From contig NC_043003.1 of assembly GCF_006345805.1 (NCBI RefSeq), forward strand, positions 2,542,001 through 2,606,000: DNA of 64,000 bases, given 5' to 3'. This DNA comes from Octopus sinensis. Lineage: Eukaryota. Below, piece after piece: positions 52,365 to 64,000 of this stretch. A program made the translations under genes and the position numbers. Position 1 is the first letter of the stretch. Every line of letters begins with the position of its first letter. The notes under the pieces were generated by a model that saw only the letters and a program-made list of their open reading frames with translations, was not told the origin of the DNA and ran no database searches.

Positions 52365-53900
52365 CGATGTGCTGTACATAATGTAGTTTATTACCCTAAA
52401 GTATTAAACTTCGTTATTTTACATCCGGGCAGAGTATAGTCGATGGTTTTTGCCTTTCATCTTTCCAGAATTGTTAAGCTTGTACAAGTTACAACAGGAG
52501 TCGATTCAATCAATTTATACTCCTACGAAGTGGCTTGTATCTACCACCACAATTCCTGCAAGGCTACCAGCCTAAAATACAGAAACAAAAGATTTTTTGG
52601 TGCATCACACAAGCAGCAAACTCTGCTGCATCGCAGATTGCATTCGGTTGTTTTGTTTCGTTGCCAAGAGGATCTCTACCGGTTTTACATCTCACCCATA
52701 AATTTGTGGTTTTCTGATCGATATCATAATCGATATTAATATGTTATATATTTAAATTTTATTTGTCGTTATTGAATTATGCATATAAATTCTATGTTAA
52801 TAGAAAAATTACATCCGTTTTCGTTTCTTCTTTTGTTTAATATATTGTATATAACTATATGAATGTATGTATATGAGTACACACATCAGTATAGTGTGTC
52901 AATATATGTATATATTTTTGGCTGGTGCTTAGCTTTCTCTGCAGTTGAGAGGTTTTTTTTACGATATGCTAAAACAATCTTTAGTAATTCTTGAATTAAA
53001 AGTTGGCCAGATATTCTCATTTTTATTCACATACATTCTCGTTTAAAATAGTGCACTCATACTCCAGCTTTTTATAATCTTAAACAAAGCTTCTAGAACC
53101 TTCGAAAATGCTATTTAGCGGGAATTTAAACAACTTTTATTTAAAGTCTACCAACCTTAATAGTTACCGCCAGCCGATACTGATTGGTCGATAAACATTT
53201 ATGTAAACATTCATACCTGTTATGGTCATATAATTAGGCTGTGGTTCTAAACTGGGAATCTAAATGAGGTGATTCTAACCGAAACGAAACCTCTTCGCAG
53301 TATCTTCCTGCAGTGGGTTTGTCATAAAAACAAATGAAACTAAAGAAAAGGAATATGCGTCTATGTAGCCAAAAATTGGCAACTAAAACACACAAAAAAA
53401 GTACAACACAACTGCATAAACAGTAAAAGAAAAAGTTCACAATCATACTTGTTTCATATAAATCATTGTGGAATAGAAAATAGTGTTTTGTATGTATATA
53501 TATTGTATTTGTTTTTAATTGTATTGTTTTTACGTCCTGTTTTTGTCACATTTTTTTCCTTGTTTTTACCCCTCTGCAAAGGAATTTTATTTAATTCTTT
53601 CGCAGGAAGGACTAGTTCGACGAGACGTGTTCTGTCCTCACCTTCGAAACACGCTGGAGTTGAACTAGGGACAGCTGAAGAAGGGGATTTTTCCTTGTGT
53701 AGTTGTCTTGTAATCTGTTTTTCGTTGTTAAAAAAATGGTCCGTTCCATGCTGTTTTCACGTTTTCGTTTCTCGTTGAGTTCTGCGTCTATTTGTGGTGT
53801 CCTGTACACACGTATATATATTTATATATGCATGTATATATACATGTAGATGTAGGTACGTACATATATGTTTGTATGTATGCATATATTTTATTTATTA

Positions 53901-53943
<43 letters not shown>

Positions 53944-54479
53944 TGCATATGTGGGCACAGGACATCACGAAACGTGTACAACAAAATAGTACGAAGCACG
54001 AGTACATGGAACATGAACTATTCTTTTGAACAACGAAAGACACAAATGGAAAACAAGACACACAACATAAAGAATGACACTTCATCAGTTGTTGGCTGTT
54101 TTTCTTGCTCGTATTTCGAGTATTTAACAACAATATACACTTTCGATAAAATAGTTGCTCCCACAAAGCAAATTAAATAAAATTTGGGATTTTTGTGGAG
54201 GGTCAAAATTGGTAACACAAACAGGACAGTGAAAACAAATAGGAAGGGCTGCTAAGCTTAAATAAGGTTGTGGTGGCGAACGTATAAATCAAGCTTGGAC
54301 AGGAGACAAACAAGAACGCGTCTTCCTTGTTCCAGCTACAACGGAGAGAAAGAAACACAAGTTAGGAGAAGAAAGAAAGATGGCCGATGGTCACGATACA
54401 CACACACACACATACACATACACACAAACAGACACATATATGTGTGAGTATGTGTGTGTATGTGTGTGTGTTTATATAT

Positions 54480-55480
54480 CGTCGAGATACCTTTTCCAGT
54501 TTTCTTGTATATATTTCATGAAGAAGTTTTCATTTCAAAAAAGCTACCTTGACGATTGCTTCATTTTATGGAATGATAGTATTGAATAATTAAAAGAATT
54601 TGAAGCAATCCTCAATGGAATTAATAAAAAAATATACAATTCACCATGGAAGATTGCCGTAACTAACGGCCATTTTTAGACATCGTAATAACGGAAGTCA
54701 ATGACTAAATAAGGATGGGCATTTGCCATAAACCTACGAACTCCAGACAATGTTTCCATTCAATTCATGCCACCCAAGACATACCTGAATGAATGTCACC
54801 TATAATCTAGCCAAAATCATCTGCACAATGGTATCCGATGCAAACTTTCGTAAAATAAGGAAAACTGACGAATACACGCTTTACGGGGATTATCCACCAT
54901 CCTTGGCCGATAATGGAGAACAACGAACCAAAAAATTCAATATTCAGGAACTTAGACAAACAAAAAGAAATGCATCAGAATTGGAAGTCCTACCATATAT
55001 TTCCACCAGCAATTCCAAAAACAACGAAGCCTCTAGCATTATATTCCATAACATACCGTTACTGAAAAGTGGCCCAGGGCTGAACCATATCCTTCAAACA
55101 CGTGCCGTCATAAAAAGCAAAAGACAATCCAAATCAAGGAAAAATTTGCTAACAAAGACCAAAGTTGGCAGACTAACAACAGGATTAACAGTAAAAAAAA
55201 AAAAAAAAGGTATTTGTTTAATTCTGTAAGAAGAATCGGAAATCCATTTGAATCAAGGAAAATTTGTCAAAAACGAAAAAACAATGCCTTCACCTTTGCA
55301 TCTAAAGCTCAAATATACAAGAACATGCTCAGGATGTGGAGAAAATTGCATAGGATGAACCGGGGGGGGGTCCTTTAGATAGTGTATGACTCAGCATAGA
55401 TCACAAATCAAAATACAAGGACACAGACAACTAGGACTCAGTGAACATATACACGCACGTGCAGTTAAACAACTAAAATC
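54480..55480 (+). mobile_element. Decayed Penelope-like element (RT to GIY-YIG)
   Basis: SYLDDCFILWN, IQFTME, PFLDI, HKPT, SCHPRH, RQSK...NLLTK and an H...SEHI remnant; many stops and frameshifts. Confidence 0.8.
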
Positions 55481-56136
55481 TACGATTTCCCCTTATAGTA
55501 ATTGAGCGATGACACAGTTCAACAAAGAAACAATCTTCAAAACCAAATACCAACCATTTCTAAATACCTGTGGCAGAAGAAGGGAGAAAACAACTGCTAG
55601 TCTACTACAACCTCTGCTAAAATAGTAACAAGTACTACCACCAGTAGTTAGGCTGACAAAACAATGACTACTACAGCCACTAACACTGCTACTACTGCTG
55701 CTGTTATTACGACCATGACCCAGCAGCAACAAGGAGGAAATGTAATACCAGCACTATGTGGTTTTTGCAGCAAAAACATGTGAATTTCTAGAACTAAAAT
55801 CATGAAAGATTAATTTAATTTAATAGCAATGAAATTTTCCTTTTATTTTAACATGACTACGTCGTCTATTGTAAATGACTGAAACCGGTAGCATATTTTG
55901 ATAAAAGTATAAATACTTTCTTTGTTTTATCCATGATTTAATTCACAAAGTGTATATTTTTATTTGTATGTATGTATGTGTACGTACATATGTCTGCATT
56001 AACCCTGAAAGTGCTATCCATGTAATATTTCACCTGTTCATTTCTTCCATTTTATTTCAGAGAGAAATTATTTGTTGAATTCATTTCTTATTCTTTAAAT
56101 GCTATTTATTTTCTCTCTTTCTTGTTTATTTTTCAG

Positions 56137-56531
56137 GCAACCATAGCTGTCTTCAAGCAAATTTTCACCTGACCCGTAGTGTCGGTTATTATGTTGTCCA
56201 AATGTACATCCCAACAATACTCATTGTCGTCCTGTCTTGGTTGTCCTTTTGGTTGAATGTCGACTCGGTGCCCGGCCGTATATCTCTTGGTGTTCTCACA
56301 GTTCTCACAACAACCACTCAAATTTCATCTGTCAATGCAACTTTGCCAAGAGTCTCTTATACAAAGGCCATAGATATCTGGATGGCAACCTGTCTGCTAT
56401 TCGTATTCGCTGCATTACTTGAATTTGCAGTTGCCAATATCTTAAGCAGGAAAGAAACAATGAATGGATTTTTCTTTCAACATGTTTACAGCAGAGATGG
56501 TAAACAAACCCACACCAATTACAAATCGGAG
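56137..56531 (+). CDS. Cys-loop receptor exon: end of loop C, M1, M2, M3 and start of the intracellular loop
   Basis: tttcag|GCAACC; [38 protein letters not shown]...[18 protein letters not shown]...[32 protein letters not shown]. Donor taken as GAG|gtaaat; an alternative GATG|gtaaac lies at 56499/56500. Confidence 0.95.
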
Positions 56532-57417
56532 GTAAATAAAAACGTGTTATTTTTCAATGAATTTTTACATGAAATATACGAGTTTTGTGTTGTAAAACAA
56601 TATTGAGTGTATGGAAATTAGCAGGAATTATATCTTTTACTTGTTTCAGTCATTAGACTGCGGCCATGCTGGGGCACTACCTTGATGAGTTTTAGTCAAT
56701 CAAATCAACCCCAAAACTTCTGTTTTTTTAAGATTAGTACTTATTCTATCTCTCTTAGGCCAAACTGCTAGGTTATGGGGATGTAAACACACCAACACCA
56801 GTTGTCAATGGGTGGTGGGATACAAACACAGACAGACACACATATATATATACCACAGATTTCTTTCAGTTTCCATCTTCCAAATCCAGTGACAAGGCTT
56901 TGCTTGGCCTGAGCCCAAGGCTGTCTTACAAGACACGAAGTGCCACACAGTGGGACTGAACCCAGAATCATGTGACTGGGAAGCCCACTTCTTGCAGCAC
57001 AGCTGTGCCTGCAAAGATTTATATATACAAGATCCCCTTCGGTCATCAATGACCACGGGATTGCACCTAGAAAGTCTGAGCAAGGTTCTTTTTATGGAAG
57101 ACCAGCAGTCGCCCATGCATACCAGCCTCTCCTCTCCTTGCTATCCAATGTTATCCAAGGGAAACGCAAAGAGGTCGATACAACTTGGCACCAGTGACGT
57201 CGCAACTCATTTCTACAGCTGAGTGAACTGGAGCAACATGAAATAAAGTGTCTTGCTCAAGAACACAACACACAGTCCAGTCTGAGAATCGAACTCACTA
57301 CCTCATGATTGTGAGCCCAACGCTCTCACTACTGAACCATGCACCTTCTATATATAAATTTTTGTACATATTAAGATTAATTTTAAGAATTTGCTTTAAA
57401 CCTTTGAGCAAGACAAC

Positions 57418-57920
57418 TACAGTAACAGTACGGGATAGAAATGTTTATATGCCAACAGAATGTGGCAGTCCCATCAAGGACATTGTTACTGCTCCAGCTG
57501 GCCATCGGTACAGTTTGTATCCACATAGCATTTGCAAGGGAGGTCATCTATTTCTTTACTCCCCACAAGGGGCCAAACACAGAGGGGACAAACAAGGACA
57601 GACAAACAGATTAAGTCGATTATATCGACCCCAGTGCATCACTGGTACTTATTTAATCGACCCCGAAAGGATGAAAGGCAAAGTCGACCTTGGCGGAATT
57701 TGAACTCAGAACGTACCGTCAGACAAAATACGGCTACGCATTTCGTCCGACGTGCTAACGTTTCTGCCAGCTCGCCGCCTTATATTTGCAAGGTCATCGC
57801 TCCAATCTCTAGTCTTACATAATACTCATAGACCTAGGTTTCTGAACAGTAGCATCGTCCTTTATAGGACTACCACATTCTGTTGGCATATAAACATTAC
57901 TATCCGGTACTGTTACTGTA
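57418..57920. mobile_element. MITE-like element with about 80-bp TIRs and an inserted SINE; third arm fragment at about 58185-58240
   Basis: TACAGTAACAGTAC...GCCAACAGAATGTGG at 57418-57497 is inverse to 57846-57920; TA-CAGT termini. Confidence 0.75.
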
Positions 57921-58266
57921 TATCTCTCATTCAGAGATTTGTAACAAGTTGTTTTTCTCTATATGAGATCAGCAACTGTGTGTCACTTAAAGAATATATA
58001 GTATTTGCAAGTGGAGAGAGCTTTCGTCAGTAGCTGGTGATTGTCTCACACATCCAGAAGCCTTGGTCTGTGAGTGTCATGTAAGGCTAGAGATGGGAGC
58101 GATGATCTCCCTTGCAAATGCTATGTGGATACAAACTGTGTGTTGATAGCCAGCTGGAAAAGATGTCTGCCTGGGGCTAAAACAACAGTAACATCATCCT
58201 TTATAGGACTGCCACATTCTGTTGGCATAGAAACATTACTAATTTTAATAACATTATGTATATATG

Positions 58267-58309
<43 letters not shown>

Positions 58310-59401
58310 CAAAGGTAGGACAAAAAAATCATAGCAAGCAGAATTGAACAAAACACAAAAAGCAGAAAAAAAGACGATTACATAACAAACAGCAAAGAGG
58401 CCAGGAACAAGATCCACGGACCCTTTGCAGCAAACTTCTTCATCAGTCGGTTTCTGGGAAGTCATTATAGTTTCACACCCCTTTAATACGGAGACTATTC
58501 GAATCCAGCAATGTGCCAAGGACTTCAGCGAAAAACATACTAGAACAAAACAAGAATGGAAACAAAGAGAAAATGAAAACTATATGCATACAACAGAATG
58601 CCTTTCAGCTGTACAAAGCAGAGGAAATAATTGAACATTACAAATTTGAAGAGATGAATATCAGAAAGGGTCTTTCGACTATCAGACAGAGGTGGGAAAT
58701 GGGCGCAAGGAAAAAATGAAAAAGAATATTTAATAATAGGAGGGTAGACATGTGTGTGTGTGTGTGTGGTATGAATTAGAGATAAAACCACTATTATGCA
58801 ACTCAAACAGTGATAGACATAAACCAATACATAAATAACTGATAATATATATAATTAATATAATATATAATATATATATGTATAGATATATATATATATA
58901 TATATATATGTGAAGGCGCATGGCTCAGTGGTTAGAGCGTTGAGCTTACGATCGTGAGGTTGTGAGCTCGAATCCCGGACCGGGCTGCGTGTTGTGTTCT
59001 TGAGCTAGACACTTTATTTCACATTGCTCCAGTTCACTCAGCTGTAGAAATGAGTTGCGACGTCACGAGTGCCAAGCTGTATCGGCCCCTTTGCCTTTCC
59101 CTTGGATAACACTGGTGGCGTGGAGAGGGGAGGTTGGTATGCATGGGCGACTGCTGGTCTTCCATAAACAACCATGCCCAGACTTGTGACTAGGAGGGTA
59201 ACTTTCTAGGTGCAATCCCATGGTCAGTGTCGTGACCGAAGGGGGTCCCGGATCCCCCGGATGTATATATATATATATATATATATTTTAGTATAAAAGT
59301 TTAAAATGAATGATAAATATATATAATATGTAAAAACACTATGTACGTTTCATGGCTATAATTAAATTCGAATTATTATATTATTATAATATATATATAT
59401 A

Positions 59402-59438
<37 letters not shown>

Positions 59439-59494
59439 CCATGCTAGCATGGAAAACGGACGCTAAACGATGATGATGATGATGATGATGATAT

Positions 59495-59648
<154 letters not shown>

Positions 59649-60100
59649 GCATATGTTAATGCAATTGAAACAATTGTTGGATTTTTAAGGTGTGATCTTA
59701 AATAAAAATATGATTTTATTTATACATCTTATTGGTTAGGCAAAGTGGCTGAGTTCCTTTCAAGTGTTGGGCCTCAGAGAGGCAATGACCAAACCTTTGG
59801 CCTTATGTCATGCTTGAGAAGAAGACCCATCGAGCTGAGCAAAATCTCAGTCATGGTAGATAGTGGTGTCACACAAATGGCACCCGTGCCAGTGGCACTT
59901 AAATGCACCCATTACACTCTTGGAGTGGTTGGCATCAGGTAAGGGCATCCAGCCATAGAAAACCATGCCAAATCAGACTGGAGTCTGATGCAGCTTTCCA
60001 GCATGCCAGTCCATTCAAACCGTCCAACCCATGCCAGCATGGACAACAGATGTTAAATATTGATGATGATGATATATATATACACACACACACATATATG

Positions 60101-60180
<80 letters not shown>

Positions 60181-60334
60181 ATATATACATGTATGTATAT
60201 ATATATATATGTGTGTGTGTGTATATATACATGTATGTATGTATGTATGTATATATATTATATATATATATGTGTGTGTATGTATGTATATATATGTGTG
60301 TGTGTGTATACATATATGTATATATAAATATATA

Positions 60335-60374
<40 letters not shown>

Positions 60375-61238
60375 ATATATACATGTATGTATATATATAC
60401 ATGTATGTTTATATATATATATATTATATATATATATATATATTATATATATATATATATACACATACAACTGGCTTCCGGTTGGACTTGTGACTATAGT
60501 AGAAGACACTTCTCTAATGGTGCTGTGCAGCAGGACTGAACCTGGGACCATATGTTTTCAAAGCAAGCTTCTTAACCACAATTCCACTAAATGTTTCTGG
60601 GAGTAAAATATTTCGTTTACTCTTATGACATATGGTAATGAGAAAACAGGATATAAAATTACTGTCACCCCCCCACCACCACCACCACCTGTACCACTAC
60701 TACCACCACTACATTTGTTGATGATACTGTTTTTTATATTGTTGATGTTGTTGTTATTTATTTAGCCCCAGGCAAGGTTTTGGATTAACCATACCTATGA
60801 TCAAAAGTATTCTTGCCTTAACTACACAAAGGTCCACGTTAAGGCCAACTGGTGCCCTAATCACAGCTAACAGAATGGTACCCTCATGCCACCATCACCA
60901 CCACCACCACTCTCCCTACCCATTCTCATGCCAACAGGACAGTAAAACATAGAGATCCGAAACCCTTCAAGTCTTTAGCTGGAAAACCTCCAATAAACGC
61001 TGCTTTTCAAAGCAGCCATTTCAAGCAAAATTCTCATTAACAAGTTTATGGCTGAAATGGCAACAAAAAGATCAAATGAGTGATTTAATATCCATTAAAT
61101 AGGTTTGTGTTGTTGTGTTGGATGTAAACCTGATTGACACTGGACAAAGATTAGCTCAGGTGTCCTGAGAGTAGAACAATTAACAGCAAAGTAGAAGTGT
61201 GTGTGTGTGTGAGAGAGAGAGTGTGTGTGTGCGTGTGA

Positions 61239-61269
<31 letters not shown>

Positions 61270-61425
61270 TGTGTGTGTGTGTGTGTGTGTGTGTGAGAGT
61301 GTGTGTGTGAGAGAGAGAGAGTGTGGGTGAGAGTGTGTGTGTGTTTGTGTGTGTGTGTGAGAGAGAGTGTGTGTGTGTGTGTGTGAGAGTGTGTGTGAAA
61401 GTGTGTATGTGTGTGAGAGTGTGTG

Positions 61426-61470
<45 letters not shown>

Positions 61471-61789
61471 TGTGTGTGTGTGTGTGTTGTGTGTGTGTAA
61501 GCAAAGGAGGGGCTTGTTCTAAATTCCCTATAACAGATGCAAGTAGAAACTTTACTGAAAAGTAACATTCATTGCCATTCCAACATGGCTGTTCTGTACA
61601 GAACAGCCATTTTGAAGTGGCAATGAACATTATATTTATTCTTTTTCTTTAAATCGAGGCATCATTCAGTCAGGCTGATTACCCGAGCCAGCCTCACTAC
61701 ATCTCTCCATCCCTCCCTTTTTTATTCTTTTCTCTTTTTTTCTTCTTTTTGCCATGCAGCTTCCCTAAATGTAACGGCAAAATCGAAAT

Positions 61790-62320
61790 TTGCCAGATGC
61801 AAGCGTTCTGTTAAAGTATCAACTTTCAGTGTAAGAACTTTGAAATCTGCATCTCAAATATCAGAACTTGCTGCATCAGCTATCAACTTTCAAAATGATG
61901 TCTTGTGTGTACGGGAACAGCGTCCCTTCCCTGATGATCACGATTCAAAGCACCGTGATCTCTATAACAACTGGACCTTTGTGTCTGTATCTGCATAGAA
62001 AGGTTCTGTTAATAGCATCATCGGCTGTGTAGGATTATTACTCAGCCCACATCCCCTGAAATCACTAAACAGCATTGTGAAAATAACATCTAGAATAAGG
62101 GTCGCTAATTTCAACGGCAACCCTTCGACTGCGGTCATCTGCTGCTTCAGCCCAACAAACGTCAGCGATGAACAAGAGGTCATAAATTTTTACAATGACC
62201 GATCGTCTCTTGTATGATCCATACCAAAACACATCTTCATCATTAGCAGAGAGATGAATCAACAATTAGGCCATGACGATACACATCATAAGTACTCGTT
62301 CCAGCACACCTCAAACATCA
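61790..62320 (+). mobile_element. LINE apurinic endonuclease (RTE-like) fragment
   Basis: VSTFSVRTLKS...DVLCVREQR...VGLLLSP...NFNGNPST...CFSPTN...FYNDRSSL...IPKH pattern, with stops and frameshifts. Confidence 0.8.
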
Positions 62321-62809
62321 TACATATATAAATAAATGTAGGGATGGTATTATTAAAATACCATCACAAGTGGTAAGCGAATTCTCAGCCGTACAGGCAA
62401 ATTAATAAAATATATACATACAATATTAGATATGTACGTATATACACAAGAGTACTACATGAGTACCTATATCGCTAATGATAGAAGTCAAAAAATACTT
62501 TGGTACCACCGAATAGTCACAAATCTATTACAGACAAGATAGGAAAAAAATATCAGTGATATATATATGGCAAAAAAGAAAATGGAGAAGATACAAAAAC
62601 AACATATATCAGCGGGTAGACATTTGCCGTATAAATTAAGGGGAAACCACTTTTTTACCCCTGCCCATATATAACACTCGATTGTGAGATTGCCACGCAA
62701 TAACTATGACTTGGATGTGAATAACTGGGTACACTACTACCAGCAGTATATTGGATAGCTACTATCCCTTGGTTGGTTTCTCAACCTCTAACTCACACAG
62801 AAATATATG

Positions 62810-62987
<178 letters not shown>

Positions 62988-63197
62988 TGATGATTTCTTA
63001 AGTAACCAGAGGATAGAGTTAATATTAATCCTTATTTTGTACAATGGTTGTTTCAACCCACCCTGCTAGTGTCCCTTATGGGTGGGACTCTGCTCAGCAT
63101 GTTGTGTTGCATCCATTTTATTCCCTCACCAGACAGGCATATAACAACATGATAGCCAAAACTCAGGATCTTTAGCGAGACACTACTTTATATATGG

Positions 63198-63577
63198 ACT
63201 AGCAGTATCGCCTGGCGTTGCTCGGGTTTGTAAGGGAAATAACTATTTATAGCCAAAAAATAGCAAAAAAATGCATTAAAAATGGAAAAAAAATGATGGT
63301 AAACTTTTTTTAATCGTTGACTCATCGTAGACATTTTTAGAGAGTTACTTCCCTTATATAATAGCGAAAAATGCATTAAAATGGAAAAAAATGATGGTAA
63401 ATTTTTTTTTTAAATCGTAGACTCATCGTAGACGCGCACTAATACCCAGAAGGGCTCGATATGAATCACGACTATAAGATACCCTGCTTTGGTTAAACTG
63501 CACCGCAAAATGTGGGAGTAGTTAGGAATCTAAATCGTAGGAGACAGACACACAACCTCACTTTTATATATAAAGAT
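63198..63577 (+). mobile_element. Non-autonomous Helitron-like element
   Basis: ACTAGCAGTATCGCCTGGCGTTGCTCGGG...GAGACAGACACACAACCTCACTTTTATATATAAAGAT; same family as 12918-13427. Confidence 0.7.
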
Positions 63578-63578
63578 A

Positions 63579-63681
63579 TACCTGATGAGACCCAGACTGC
63601 AAAATGGATGCAACAAAACATGTTGAAAGGAATCCCACCCCTAAGGGGTCACTTGCAGAATGGGTCGAAACGACCGTTGTA
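63579..63681 (+). ncRNA. Type I hammerhead motif with extended stem II
   Basis: TAC CTGATGA GACCCA...TGGGTC GAAA C-GACC-G TT GTA: canonical core and a long stem II (also CTGCAA/TTGCAG), short stem I, GUU triplet. Confidence 0.6.
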
Positions 63682-64000
63682 CAAAATGAAGATTAATACC
63701 AAAGAAATTATTATTATGATTATCTCAACTAACACTGCGGAGTTCCTGAAGTAGATCCAATGGAAATATAGCCCTGACTGTGGATGACACCAGGTAGCCA
63801 CAAACTGTGACGGTGCTTTACTCAACACTTCAACACACAAATCGACATTTACCCATTAGTCCAAAATATTAAATATATATATATCATCATCATCATCATC
63901 ATCATCATCATTATTAACATTCAAAACACTAACCACTCCAAGAGTGTAATGGGTGCTTTTACGTGCCACTGGCGTGGGTGCCATTTGCATGACACCAAGG

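Noticed and set aside
53640-53700. Permuted hammerhead (CCTTCGAAAC...CTGAAGAAGGGG), also at about 25885-25940
   Set aside because: Core words are present, but I could not form stem I in any topology.
58909-58985. tRNA genes at A/B-box sequences (also 5420-5490, 24375-24445, 46555-46625)
   Set aside because: They are SINE heads continuing into repeated bodies; no full cloverleaf.

Overview
AT-rich, microsatellite- and transposon-saturated animal DNA; the SINE families and (TA)n/(TATG)n content point to an Octopus genome (inference). The window lies largely inside one long-intron + strand gene for an anion-type Cys-loop receptor (glycine-receptor/GluCl-like). I reconstructed four internal exons by hand with GT-AG boundaries and consistent phases (33035-33261, 37515-37597, 47973-48110, 56137-56531). 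Two upstream exons are weaker candidates (16062-16165, 22979-23100). The expected ~68-nt exon 3 was not found and may lie in the 100-N gap at 28076-28175; no M4 exon was recognised. The agonist pocket is strongly remodelled (loop D Arg to Tyr, loop B Glu to Ala, loop C Phe/Tyr to His), so this looks like an orphan receptor. Introns and flanks hold Penelope-like (PLE) fragments, a Chapaev3-like DNA transposon with a nested RTE, CR1/RTE LINE fragments, four R4/Dong-like fragments at (TAA)n tracts, Helitron-like elements, MITEs, solo-LTR-like elements and many SINEs. Less obvious structure: at least five distinct type-I hammerhead ribozyme folds (two families share a U4-to-C core), several sitting in fold-back hairpin elements; a fold-back made of Penelope coding sequence; an 18-unit minisatellite apparently amplified from a SINE segment; and a 1,020-bp tandem duplication that may be an assembly artefact. 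Most ORFs in the supplied track are microsatellite translation artefacts. Repeat coordinates are approximate unless stated.
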